From contig CAVQSP010000013.1 in NCBI GenBank assembly GCA_963715985.1, positions 224,001 through 288,000 of the forward strand: a stretch of DNA of 64,000 bases, read 5' to 3'. The position numbers and the translations under genes are program-made. This stretch comes from an uncultured Thermoleophilia bacterium (GTDB lineage Bacteria > Actinomycetota > Thermoleophilia > UBA2241). Positions 53,751-63,264 of this stretch are shown here, one piece after another. The notes beneath the pieces were generated by a model. It did not search any database. It was not told the origin of the DNA and saw only the letters and a list, made by a program, of their open reading frames with translations. The stretch's first letter is position 1, and the number at the start of each line of letters is the position of its first letter.

Positions 53751-54015
53751 CAAGCTCACCTGCCCGGAGAGATGGTGCGGGGACGCCCCTGAGTCTATCG
53801 CACGGGCGTGCACCGCGGGACGCCTGTCGGCGCCCGTCCGGTCGGCCCGGAGGACGAGAAGGGCCGCCCCGGGCTGACCGTTGCCCGCGGTGCAGCAGGG
53901 CGCCGCTCGTAACGCCCACGGCATCTCGTGCGTGTACGAGGCTGTCGCACGTTTGCCCGAGGGCACAAACCGAGAAGAAAGCACCTGCACACACTCGACG
54001 AGCTCGGAGGAGACG

Positions 54016-55203
54016 ATGGCGCGAGTACAGATGTACTCGATGGAGTGGTGCCCGTACTGCGCCAAGGGCAAGGCCCTGCTTGGCGCCAAGGGCATCGAGT
54101 ACGACGAAGTGGACGTCACGAATGACGAGCAGGCGGCGCTCGAGATGATCGAGCGCACGGGCCAGCGTGGCGTGCCGCAGTTCTTCGTCGACGGGCAGTG
54201 GATGGGAGGCTACGACAACCTCACGTACCTGAACGCCACCGGGGCACTCGACCAGATGTTCGGCATCGAGTCCACGGTGGATCTCACGCGCGTCTGGGAC
54301 GTGGCCGTGGTGGGCGGCGGCCCGGCCGGCCTGACGGCCGCCCTCTACGCCGCCCGCAAGAACCTCTCCACCATCATCATCACGCTGGACCTGGGCGGCC
54401 AGGTCGGCATCACGCACCTCGTCACCAACTACCCCGGCATGCCCGTCGTCGAGGGCCCGGAGCTCGTGCGCCTCATGTTCGAGCAGGCGTACATGTATGG
54501 CCTCGAGCGCATGATCGGGGAGCGCGTGACCGGCATGCGCGTCGAGAGCGGGGCCAAGGTCCTCGAGCTGCAGTCGGGCAAGGAGGTCAAGGCGCGCTCG
54601 GTGATCGTGGCCAGCGGCGCCCAGAAGCGGCGCCTGGAGATCCCCGGCGAGAGCGAGTTCGCCGGCAAGGGCGTGGTGTACTGCTCCACCTGCGACGGAC
54701 CGTTCTATCGCCAGAAGACCATCGCCATCGTGGGCGGGGGCAACTCGGCGCTCGAGGCGGCCATCGAGATGAGCGGTATCGCCAAGAAGGTGTACGTGGT
54801 GAGCCGCGGCGTGTGGAGCGGCGACGAGATCCTCAAGGACAAGGCCGGGTCGGCCCCGGGCGTCAAGCCGCTGGTGGGCTACGAGCCGCTCGAGATCACC
54901 GGCAACGAGGTGGTCGAGAAGCTGCGGCTGAGGAACAAGAAGAACGGCAAGGAGCGGACGCTCAAGGTGGACGGCGTCTTCATCGAGGTCGGCCTGTCAC
55001 CGAACTCCGAGCTCGTGCTCGACCTCGCCCACACCAATCAGCGCGGCGAGGTCGTCGTGGACGCCAAGGGCGACACGGGGGTGCGCGGCGTGTTCGCGGC
55101 CGGCGACGTGACCGCCACCAAAGACAAGCAGATCGTCATCGCGGCCGGCGAGGGCGCCAAGGCCGCGCTGGCCGCGTTCGAGTACCTGATCACCCAGCGC
55201 TGA
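54016..55203 (+). CDS. Glutaredoxin-thioredoxin reductase-like fusion
   Basis: N-terminal WCPYC...VPQ.F...GG.D; then GGGPAG, YCSTCDG, GGGNSA, AAGD. Confidence 0.92.
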   Translation: MARVQMYSMEWCPYCAKGKALLGAKGIEYDEVDVTNDEQAALEMIERTGQRGVPQFFVDGQWMGGYDNLTYLNATGALDQMFGIESTVDLTRVWDVAVVGGGPAGLTAALYAARKNLSTIIITLDLGGQVGITHLVTNYPGMPVVEGPELVRLMFEQAYMYGLERMIGERVTGMRVESGAKVLELQSGKEVKARSVIVASGAQKRRLEIPGESEFAGKGVVYCSTCDGPFYRQKTIAIVGGGNSALEAAIEMSGIAKKVYVVSRGVWSGDEILKDKAGSAPGVKPLVGYEPLEITGNEVVEKLRLRNKKNGKERTLKVDGVFIEVGLSPNSELVLDLAHTNQRGEVVVDAKGDTGVRGVFAAGDVTATKDKQIVIAAGEGAKAALAAFEYLITQR

Positions 55204-57001
55204 CGGCGGTGTGCCGCAGGATGAACTCCACGGTGCGCGCGTCGTAGTCCACGCGGTTCTCGAGGCCGCTGATCTCGTGGCCCTCGTCCTCGTAGATCAC
55301 GGCCTCGCATTCCACGCCCCGCGCGCGCAGCGTGGCCGCCACTCCGTCCAGCTGCTTGGGCGGGCAGCGCGGGTCCAGGCGCCCGCCGAGCATCAGCAGG
55401 GGTGTCCGGATCCGCTGCAGGTGGTTGATGGGTGAGTAGTACTCGAGCTTGGCCTTGTCCTTGACGACGTCGCCGGTGTTCTCGCGGTCCCACCAGCGCA
55501 GATCCTCGCGGATGTCCGGGTCCAGCTGGCTGTCGATGAAGTCGAAGAACGGCACCCCGGCGACGCCGGCCGCCCACAGGTCGGGGAACTGGGTGAGCAT
55601 GGCCAGGGTGAGGAAGCCTCCCCAGCTGCGCCCCGTCACGGCGATGCGCCGCGGGTCGCAGCCCACGGAGACGAGGTACTCGTGGGCGGCCGCCACGTCC
55701 AGCGCCTCGCCCTGACCCATGAGGAAGCGATTGGCGAGCTGCCAGCGGCGGCCATAGCCGTCGCTGCCTCGGTAGTTGGGGTGCACCACGGTGACGTCTG
55801 CCGCCACGAACGCCTGGCGGAGGACGTCCCACTCGTTGGAGTGGTGCCACGTGGGACCGCCGTGGACGATGACCACGCCGGCGCCGCTGGGCTCGTCCGG
55901 CTCCACGAGCAGACTGGGCACCTCGGCGAGGTGGTCCCAGCTCGTGTAGCGCACCGGACGGGCGCTCTTGAAGCTCGTCTCGGGCAGGTCCGCCGGCAGG
56001 GAGTCCGTGACGCGAGTCGCCGTGCCGGCCAGAGGGACGCGGTACAGCTCACCGGGGTGGGTCGGCCCGCTCAGCACGACGAGGATCGCTGTACCGTCCG
56101 CCGTGAAGGCCGGCTGGTAGTGGTTGCCGGGGCCGGCGCTCAGGTCCTTCACGGCGCCGGTCGCGAGGTCGAGATGCACCAGGCCCGTCTCCGCCTCGCG
56201 GTCCACGAGGAAGGCGAGCGCCCTCCCGTCGGGCGCCCAGACGGGGTGGTGCGCGTCGGCGTCGCCCTCCCAGGCCCACACCACGGCGCCGGTGTCGATC
56301 TCGTACACGCCGACGGCGGGGTGGTCGAAGGGCCCGCCGGAGAAGGCGAGGCGCCGTCCGTCGGGGGCCCACGCGGGGTGCCCGGCGAAGAACCCGTCGC
56401 CGCCGCCGACGACCGCCTCGCCGCCGGCCGCGTCCAGCACGTACACGGCGGTGTCCTGACCGCGCGTGCCGGCGGCCACGGCCAGCCGCGTGCCGTCGGG
56501 AGACCAGCGCGGCGAGCTCTCGGTGTACGGGTAGACGGCGAGGTGGACGATGCCTTCGCCGCCGGGCGCGGGCTCGGCCGGCATGACGGCCACGGAGTAG
56601 CCGTGCCCGTGCGACGCCGTCATGGCGATGCGCGTGCCGTCCGGCGAGAGGTCGAAGTCCGGCAGCGGTGCGAAGTCCGGCGTGTCCGGGAGCAGGTTCA
56701 CGAGCGCGCCGGTGGCCGGCTCGTAGCGGAAGAAGTCGAAGCACTCCGACCCGCGGTCATCCCTGGCGAAGTAGAGCCAGCGCCCGTCGGGCGAGAACAG
56801 CGGGCACCAGCAGGCGTCGTCAAGATCGCCGACGCGCCGGGGCTCGCCGCCCTCCAGCGTCGTCATGAAGACCTGCCAGTCGCCGTCGCGGTACCACTGC
56901 AGGGCGACGGTCTGGCCGTCCGGCGCGACCGCGAACGGACGGTAGTCGGTGCCCACCGTCGGTACGGCCGCGAGGCGCTCGATGAGGCTTCTGGTCATCA
57001 T
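55190..57001 (-). CDS. S9-family peptidase with a TolB-like beta-propeller
   Basis: SPDG/APDG repeats, HGGP, NYRGS.GYG, GRSWGG, D.RC, EGH. Confidence 0.93.
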   Translation of the reverse strand: MMTRSLIERLAAVPTVGTDYRPFAVAPDGQTVALQWYRDGDWQVFMTTLEGGEPRRVGDLDDACWCPLFSPDGRWLYFARDDRGSECFDFFRYEPATGALVNLLPDTPDFAPLPDFDLSPDGTRIAMTASHGHGYSVAVMPAEPAPGGEGIVHLAVYPYTESSPRWSPDGTRLAVAAGTRGQDTAVYVLDAAGGEAVVGGGDGFFAGHPAWAPDGRRLAFSGGPFDHPAVGVYEIDTGAVVWAWEGDADAHHPVWAPDGRALAFLVDREAETGLVHLDLATGAVKDLSAGPGNHYQPAFTADGTAILVVLSGPTHPGELYRVPLAGTATRVTDSLPADLPETSFKSARPVRYTSWDHLAEVPSLLVEPDEPSGAGVVIVHGGPTWHHSNEWDVLRQAFVAADVTVVHPNYRGSDGYGRRWQLANRFLMGQGEALDVAAAHEYLVSVGCDPRRIAVTGRSWGGFLTLAMLTQFPDLWAAGVAGVPFFDFIDSQLDPDIREDLRWWDRENTGDVVKDKAKLEYYSPINHLQRIRTPLLMLGGRLDPRCPPKQLDGVAATLRARGVECEAVIYEDEGHEISGLENRVDYDARTVEFILRHTAVSAG

Positions 57002-57026
57002 TCCTCCTGCACGTGGTCGCCGCCGC

Positions 57027-57073
57027 GGGAAGAGCGAAGGCGGGCCGCGCCTGCTGCAGGAGGCGCGGCCCGC
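57027..57073 (-). terminator. Terminator-like hairpin in the peptidase leader
   Basis: 13-bp stem GCGGGCCGCGCCT/AGGCGCGGCCCGC followed by a pyrimidine run. Confidence 0.5.
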
Positions 57074-57075
57074 TG

Positions 57076-57224
57076 GAACCCTATCGCGTCGTCCGGCCGC
57101 GCGCACACCCCAGGAACGTCACCCTGCCGCTGCTCGCAGCTCCACCCTGGGGCGCTTGCGCGGGGCGCGGGACCGTGCTCTCGGCTGCGCTGCGGCTCAT
57201 ACCGCGGTATGACGACACGGGCTC
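57076..57224 (-). ncRNA. Candidate structured RNA (leader or stand-alone)
   Basis: Begins 6 nt after TAGACT; 5' GAGCCC/GTGTCGTC can pair with 3' GACGACGC/GGGTTC; inner stem GCGCCCCAGG/CCTGGGGTGT. Confidence 0.35.
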
Positions 57225-57378
57225 GCGGCGAGTCTACGATGCGAGTGCCACGACCCCCGGCGGACACCGGTCACCGACAGCCACGGGCGCTCAGGGCGAC
57301 GAGCTCACGACGCGTCCACCCTCGAGTGCGGAGGTCACGGTGATGAGGACCGGCGTCGGCCCGCGCGGTGCGGCAAGG

Positions 57379-57684
57379 TCAGCCGCGCGTCTCCGCGAAC
57401 GCCTTGAACTCCTTGAGGTCGCGCTCGAGGTGGGCGCCCACAGCGGACTCGGCGGCGGAGTCGCCGGTGTACTCGACGGCTACTGTGACCCGCGTGCGGC
57501 CGCCCTCGAGCCTGGCCATCGTCACGAGCCCGCCCTGCTCTACGTCCTCCGCGAGGGACCACTCCACGTCCTCGGCTTTGGTCTGGTAGTGCCCCACGAG
57601 ACTGCGGAACATGAACTCGGTCCAGTCCTTGTCCGCGTCGGTGATCTCGGCGTCCACGTCGATGGATCGTTCGATGGTCGGCAT
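57379..57684 (-). CDS. Small SRPBCC/cyclase-like protein
   Basis: MPTIERSIDVD...TRVTV..EY...DLKEFKAFAE.RG; GGAGG RBS. Confidence 0.75.
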   Translation of the reverse strand: MPTIERSIDVDAEITDADKDWTEFMFRSLVGHYQTKAEDVEWSLAEDVEQGGLVTMARLEGGRTRVTVAVEYTGDSAAESAVGAHLERDLKEFKAFAETRG

Positions 57685-57856
57685 CGTTCCTCCCCGGTGT
57701 GAAGTGGTCATCCGTGCCGTACTTCTCCACGCCACCGGCAACCCAAACGGACGGGAGGCGCGCCTGAGCCTCCCCGCACATGCCCCCACCCCCACCCTCC
57801 CCACGGGGGCCGGCGGCCCGCTGCGGCGGGCCGCCGGCCGGGCTTCTCCGCCTGCG

Positions 57857-58405
57857 GTGGGGCTCGTCGCCGAGCCGGACGCGCTCCTGCGTCTGCAGGT
57901 GTGCGAGGCCGTGCAGGCCCTGGGGCTGCGCGCCTGCGAGGCGCCGGCCGGGCGGACTCCGGTGGGCGATGCCGCCGCGCCCGTCGCCGAGTTCGTGAAC
58001 CTCGACAGTGCGTCGTGCCGCGCGGCCGCCGGGCCCGGCGCCGGCTTCGTGACCGGGCGCGATGCCGCCGGACCGCTGCGCGTGGGGTACGCGGCGCGGG
58101 CCCCGGCACTGCTGGCGGCGCACCGTCTGCATCGCTGCTGCGACGTGCTCCTCGAGTTGCGCGCAGACGCGGGGCGGCCGCGCTTCGCGCACCCCTCGCC
58201 GGGCTCCGCCGTGGAGCGCGCCGGGCTCACGGCGCGCGAGGCGGACGTCGTGCTGCTCCTCTGCGCAGGTCACACGACACCGGCCGTGGCCGCCTGTCTC
58301 TGCGTCTCCCCGGCCACGGCGCGAAGCCACTGCCGCAGCGTGCTGCGCAAGCTGGGCGTTCGCGACCGCAGGGAGCTGCGGGCGCTGCTTCTGGGCGGCG
58401 GCTGA
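57857..58405 (+). CDS. LuxR-type HTH regulator; start uncertain
   Basis: GLTAREADVV.LL..G.....VA..L.VS..TARSH...VLRKLGV.DR.EL. Confidence 0.75.
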   Translation: MGLVAEPDALLRLQVCEAVQALGLRACEAPAGRTPVGDAAAPVAEFVNLDSASCRAAAGPGAGFVTGRDAAGPLRVGYAARAPALLAAHRLHRCCDVLLELRADAGRPRFAHPSPGSAVERAGLTAREADVVLLLCAGHTTPAVAACLCVSPATARSHCRSVLRKLGVRDRRELRALLLGGG

Positions 58406-58510
58406 AGCACGGGCCCCGGGCGGCATGTGGTTTGCGCCCGGGCGGCGCGAAGTTTGCCGATGAATGCACCGTGGCCTCGGCTGGGGCGGTCCGTGATACT
58501 TGACGCCAGA

Positions 58511-58557
58511 GCCGGGGCCCGGGCTGTGCACGCTCTGCGGACAGCCCGGGCCCCGGC
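58511..58557 (+). promoter_or_regulatory. 17-bp hairpin in the 5' leader of the APC permease
   Basis: GCCGGGGCCCGGGCTGT...ACAGCCCGGGCCCCGGC between a GATACT -10-like element and the RBS. Confidence 0.45.
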
Positions 58558-58582
58558 GTCCACGTCCGCCCAGGGGGAGCGC

Positions 58583-60061
58583 ATGAGCACGGAGACCTCG
58601 ACCACGGCGGGCGCCGGCCTCAAGCGGGCCCGCGTCCGTGTCGTCACCGTCTTCTTCATGATCTACATCCTCGTGTCCGGCGGCTCGTTCGGCATCGAGG
58701 ACATGGTGTCGTCATCAGGGCCCGGGCTCACGCTGCTGCTGCTCATCCTGCTGCCCGTGTTCTGGAGCCTGCCCATGGCCCTCATCGCCAGCGAGCTGGG
58801 CTCGGCGCTGCCCGGGGAGGGCGGCTTCTACGTGTGGGCGCGGCGCGCGCTCGGCGACTTCTGGGGCTTCCAGACGGCCTGGTGGTGGTCGCTGTCCATC
58901 TTCGTGGATTCATCCGTCTACGTGGTCCTCGGCGTGACGTACCTGCAGAACTGGCTCGGCTTCGGGCAACTGTGGTTCTACGTGATCTGCTGGGCCGTCA
59001 TCGCCGTCTTCACCGTGGTCAACATCGTCGGGGTCAAGGTGGTGGCGCTGGGATCGACGCTGTTCTCCATCCTGATCCTGGCGCCGTTCGTGGTGCTCAT
59101 CGTCGTCGGTCTGGCGAAGTGGCAGTTCGACCCGTTCACGCCGGTCACCGCCCCCGGCGTGCCGTTCTTCGGCACCGGCGGCGTGTTCGCCCTGGGCCTC
59201 GCCATCGGTGTGTGGATGTACTCGGGGTACGAGTCCATGTCCACGCTCTCGGGGGAGATCCGCGAACCCCAGCGGGTGATCCCTCGCGCGCTGATGCTGG
59301 CGGTGCCCTTCATCATCGTGATGTACGTGCTGCCGACCATGGCCAGCCTCGCCGCCTACGGCCACTGGGACACGTTCGCCACGGTCGCCGGCGACGGCTA
59401 CCTTTCGTTCGTCGAGATCGGCAAGAAGCTCGGCGGGTCGGCTCTCGGCGTCGCCCTGCTGGCCTCGGCTCTGCTCGGCAACCTGGCCCTGTACCTGGAC
59501 TACCTGGCCTCCGGCGCCCGTCCGCTGTTCGCGATCTCCGCGGACGGGCTGTTCCCGCGGTCGATCTCGCGGGTGAGCAAGCGGTTCGGCACGCCCGTGG
59601 CGGCGATCCTGCTGATGGCCGCGCTCAACGCCGTCCTGATCGTCGGTCCGTTCCAGAACCTCGTGGTGATCGACGTCATCCTCTTCATCTCGGCGTACGT
59701 GCTGATCTTCGTCTCGGCGGTCCGGCTGCGCGTCAAGGAGCCGGACCTCAAACGTCCGTTCCGCGTGCCGCTCGGCACCACCGGCATGACGCTCATGGTG
59801 ATCCCGCCCATCGCCATCGTGGCCTTCACGATCTACGTCAACGCCATCGACCGCAGCACCGAGATCTTCGGGCTCACCGGGTTCAGCGTGGGAGGCTTCA
59901 ACGTGGGCTGGTACGGGATCGCCGGCTTCGCGGCGCTGCTCTCGGGCCCGGTGCTGTACTACGTCTTCCGGGCCCTGTACGGTGGCCCGCGGAGCCCGTC
60001 GTCGGAGGCGGGCGACGAGGCCGTCGCCCTGGCGGAGGCCGAGGCGCGGGAGGCCGTCTGA
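58583..60061 (+). CDS. APC-family amino acid/polyamine permease
   Basis: GGSFGIEDMV, SELGSALPGEGG, WMYSGYE, RPFRVP. Confidence 0.92.
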   Translation: MSTETSTTAGAGLKRARVRVVTVFFMIYILVSGGSFGIEDMVSSSGPGLTLLLLILLPVFWSLPMALIASELGSALPGEGGFYVWARRALGDFWGFQTAWWWSLSIFVDSSVYVVLGVTYLQNWLGFGQLWFYVICWAVIAVFTVVNIVGVKVVALGSTLFSILILAPFVVLIVVGLAKWQFDPFTPVTAPGVPFFGTGGVFALGLAIGVWMYSGYESMSTLSGEIREPQRVIPRALMLAVPFIIVMYVLPTMASLAAYGHWDTFATVAGDGYLSFVEIGKKLGGSALGVALLASALLGNLALYLDYLASGARPLFAISADGLFPRSISRVSKRFGTPVAAILLMAALNAVLIVGPFQNLVVIDVILFISAYVLIFVSAVRLRVKEPDLKRPFRVPLGTTGMTLMVIPPIAIVAFTIYVNAIDRSTEIFGLTGFSVGGFNVGWYGIAGFAALLSGPVLYYVFRALYGGPRSPSSEAGDEAVALAEAEAREAV

Positions 60062-61494
60062 TGGAGCTCAGCGTCCGTGTCCTCTCCGAGGACGAGAAGG
60101 CGCAGATCCACGAGCGCACGCTGCGGGTGCTGCACTCCACCGGCGTGCGCTGCGATACCGCCGAGGGGCGCCGCCTCCTGGCGGCGGCCGGCGCCCAGGT
60201 GGACGAGGCCACTCGCATGGTGCGCTTCCCGCCCGAGCTCGTGGAGAGCCTTCTCGCCCAAGCCACGCGCCGTTTCACCCTGCACGGGCGCCGTCCGGAC
60301 TGGAGCTTCTCCGTCAACGACGGCGCCTTCACGCTGCTCGCCGACGGCGGGGCCACGGCCGTGTTCGACACGCAGACCGGCGAGCGCCGCCCCACCACGC
60401 ATCACGACTGGCTCGCTGCCACGCGCGTCCTGGACGCGCTCGACGACGTGGGTCTGTACTGGTGCCCCATCGAGTACGACGCCGACTACGAGCGCGCCGG
60501 CGGTCTCGTGCGCTACTTCACCGACGTCTTCGCCACGTTCGGCAAGCACGTGCAGGATTCGTTCGGCACGCCCGCGCTGGCGCCGTGGCTCAAGGAAGTG
60601 CTGGACATCGTGTTCGGCGGGCGCGAGGCGGTGCGCGAGCGCCTGCCCTTCTCGTTCCTCATCACGCCGGCGTCGCCGCTCACCATCGAGCACGACTACA
60701 CGCAGTCGTGGCTGGAGCTCAGGGACTACGGCCTGCCCGTGGCCGTCATGCCCATGCCGCTGCAGGGCGCCACGGCGCCCGGCAGCCGCCTCGGCACGCT
60801 GCTCGCGGCCAACTGCGAGACGGTGGCCACGCTCTGCCTCGTGCAGGCGGCGGCGCCGGGCACGCCGGTGTTCTACGCGCCGGTGGTGGCCACCATGGAC
60901 CCGCGCACCGGCCTGTACGCGGCGGGCGCCATCGAGCACGCCGTGCTCTGCGTGGCCGCCACGGAGATGGCGCGCTACTACGGCCTGCCGGCCGAGTCGT
61001 CCGGCCTCTGCACGCAGACCTGGGAGCCGGGCATCCAGACGGCGTGGGAGAAGGCCGACAGCGGCCTGCTGGTCGCGCTCGCCGGACCCGACGTGCTCGT
61101 CGGCCCGGGTCTGCTCGGCGGCGCCACCGTGCTCTGCCTCGAGCAGATCGTGCTGGACGTGGAGGTCATGCGCCGGGCCCGTCAGGGGCGCACCGGCGTC
61201 CCCGTGCGCGACGATCTGTGGCTCGACGACGTCCTCGCGGAGGTGGGCCCCTGCGGCTCCTTCCTGGGGCAACGGTCCACGCGCACCGGCCTGCGCTCCG
61301 GCGAGTGGTGGCTGAGCGACTTCGGCGTACAGGGCAGCTGGGACGCGTGGAAGGCGGCGGGTGCGCCGGACGCGGTCGCCGCCGCCCACGAGCGTGTGCA
61401 AGGCCTGCTCGACACGCAGGTCTCCCTGCCCTTCACCGACGACCAGACCAGGGCGCTCGCCGCGCTGCAGCGCCGCGCCGACCTGGCCGGCTGA
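60061..61494 (+). CDS. Trimethylamine methyltransferase (MttB) superfamily protein, no in-frame TAG
   Basis: LSEDE...IHE...VL...GV, SPL, GATAP, VQAAAPGTP, MDPRTG, MARYYGLP, QTAWEK, LEQIVLD.E. Confidence 0.88.
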   Translation: MELSVRVLSEDEKAQIHERTLRVLHSTGVRCDTAEGRRLLAAAGAQVDEATRMVRFPPELVESLLAQATRRFTLHGRRPDWSFSVNDGAFTLLADGGATAVFDTQTGERRPTTHHDWLAATRVLDALDDVGLYWCPIEYDADYERAGGLVRYFTDVFATFGKHVQDSFGTPALAPWLKEVLDIVFGGREAVRERLPFSFLITPASPLTIEHDYTQSWLELRDYGLPVAVMPMPLQGATAPGSRLGTLLAANCETVATLCLVQAAAPGTPVFYAPVVATMDPRTGLYAAGAIEHAVLCVAATEMARYYGLPAESSGLCTQTWEPGIQTAWEKADSGLLVALAGPDVLVGPGLLGGATVLCLEQIVLDVEVMRRARQGRTGVPVRDDLWLDDVLAEVGPCGSFLGQRSTRTGLRSGEWWLSDFGVQGSWDAWKAAGAPDAVAAAHERVQGLLDTQVSLPFTDDQTRALAALQRRADLAG

Positions 61495-61791
61495 CGCGGC
61501 GCCACCGCATGGGCGGCGGCCCAGAACGCCCCGCTGCCGCTTGCCGGGCCCCGGCGGCCCGGTCACTCTGCGCCGGCCGCTTCTGCGCGTTCGGACGAGC
61601 GTCCGAAAGCCGCCGCATGGAACCACGCTAATCGTATCTGTTTGGACAATTCTCTACGAATACAGCAGCACGTTGTGCAATCTGACACCGTACTCGTGGC
61701 ACTCTGCCTCACACATCGGAGTATCGTTCCCGGGTCGTGATGAGGAACGCCGGCGGCTGTGGGGCCGCCCGGCCGCCGCTGAGGGGTGCCG

Positions 61792-63243
61792 ATGTCTGAG
61801 CTGATCGCCGACCTGAAGAGCGCGGGTCTCGAGCGCGTCGACATGAAGGTGTGGACCGCGGTGTTCGTGGTCTTCTCGTTCGTGTGTTCCGGCGGCTTCG
61901 GGATCGAGGACATGGTCTCGGGAGCGGGCCCCGGCTTCGCTCTCCTGCTGCTCCTCATCCTGCCGTTCGTGTGGGGCTTGCCGCAGGCGCTCGTGTGCTC
62001 CGAGCTCGGCTCCGCCCTGCCCGAGGACGGCGGCCTGTACCGCTGGTCGCGCCGCGCCAACGGCGAGTTCATGGGGTTCCAGACCGGCTGGTGGTGGCTG
62101 CTCTCCATCTTCGTGGACTCGGCCGTCTACATCGCCCTCACCGCCGACTACATGCAGAACTGGTTCGGCTTCAGCGACGCAGTGCGCTGGGGCATCGCCG
62201 TGGTGCTCATCGCGGTCTTCGCCTACATCAACATCCGCGGTCTGCAGCTGGCCGCCTGGGTGCTCGTGATCATGCAGATCCTCGTGTTCATCCCGTTCGC
62301 GGCGCTGGCCGTGATAGGTCTCGCCAACTGGCATCACGATCCGTTCAGCCCCATCCTGCTGTCCGGCAACTCGCTGATCGGCGGCGTGGGGGTCGCGCTC
62401 AGCGTGGGCATCTGGATGTACTCGGGCTTCGAGTCGCTCTCCACGATGGCCGGGGAGATCAAGCGCCCGCAGTACGTGATCCCGCGGGCGCTCATGATCA
62501 CGCTGCCCATCGTGCTCGGCTTCTACGTGCTCTCCACGATGGGCGGCCTCGCCAGCGTCGGGCAGTTCAGCCGCTGGGCCACCGAGGGCAGCACGGCTCT
62601 CGACTTCATGGGCGTGGGCCGGGAGGTGGGCGGCGAGGTGCTGCGCTACCTCTTCTTCGCCGCCATGCTGGCCGGCAACTTCGCCCTCTTCCTCGCCTTC
62701 CTGGCGGCGGGCGCGCGCCCGGCCTTCGTGCTCTCCCGCGACAAGCTGTTCCCCAGGTTCCTCGGCAGGACCAGCAAGAAGTTCGGCACGCCGTACGCGG
62801 CGATCATCCTCATGGCGGTCGTGGACGCCGTGCTCGTGCGCTGGGGCTTCGCGACGCTGATCGTGATCGACGTCTTCCTACTCATGCTGGCCCACATCAC
62901 GATCTACATCTCGGCCGTGCGGCTGCGCGTCAAGGAGCCCGACCTGCCGAGGCCCTTCCGGGTGCCGGTGGGGACGCTGGGCCTCACGCTGATCAGCGCC
63001 GTTCCCATCTGCGTGGCGGTGCTCGCCATGTCTCCGTTCGGCAACGGCTGGGACTACTTCATCGGCGGGTGCGTCGCGGCGCTCACCGGGCCGCCGGCGT
63101 ACTTGATCTTCCGCGGCATCTACGGCGGCAAGAAGGCGCTGGAGGCGGAGGAGCGAGCAGGCCGAGAGGTCGCCGGCGCGACTCCGCCGGCGACCTCCGC
63201 AGGTGGGCGGGCCGCCGGTGCCACCGAGCAGGCGGTGGGCTGA
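61792..63243 (+). CDS. APC-family amino acid/polyamine permease, paralog of 58583-60061
   Basis: GGFGIEDMV, SELGSALPEDGG, WMYSGFE, RPFRVP. Confidence 0.92.
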   Translation: MSELIADLKSAGLERVDMKVWTAVFVVFSFVCSGGFGIEDMVSGAGPGFALLLLLILPFVWGLPQALVCSELGSALPEDGGLYRWSRRANGEFMGFQTGWWWLLSIFVDSAVYIALTADYMQNWFGFSDAVRWGIAVVLIAVFAYINIRGLQLAAWVLVIMQILVFIPFAALAVIGLANWHHDPFSPILLSGNSLIGGVGVALSVGIWMYSGFESLSTMAGEIKRPQYVIPRALMITLPIVLGFYVLSTMGGLASVGQFSRWATEGSTALDFMGVGREVGGEVLRYLFFAAMLAGNFALFLAFLAAGARPAFVLSRDKLFPRFLGRTSKKFGTPYAAIILMAVVDAVLVRWGFATLIVIDVFLLMLAHITIYISAVRLRVKEPDLPRPFRVPVGTLGLTLISAVPICVAVLAMSPFGNGWDYFIGGCVAALTGPPAYLIFRGIYGGKKALEAEERAGREVAGATPPATSAGGRAAGATEQAVG

Positions 63244-63264
63244 GGAGGCTGCCGGAGTCGCCGG

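Noticed and set aside
53950-53990. GGGCACAAACC as part of a c-di-GMP-I riboswitch
   Set aside because: The rest of the consensus (GNRA loop/receptor and P1-P3) is missing
57125-57150. AGGGTGGAGCTGCG as a T-box
   Set aside because: It mismatches the TGGNACC core, is not adjacent to the terminator, and has no Stem I features
60061-61494. Pyrrolysine or selenocysteine recoding in the MttB-like gene
   Set aside because: The frame is open with no internal TAG or TGA
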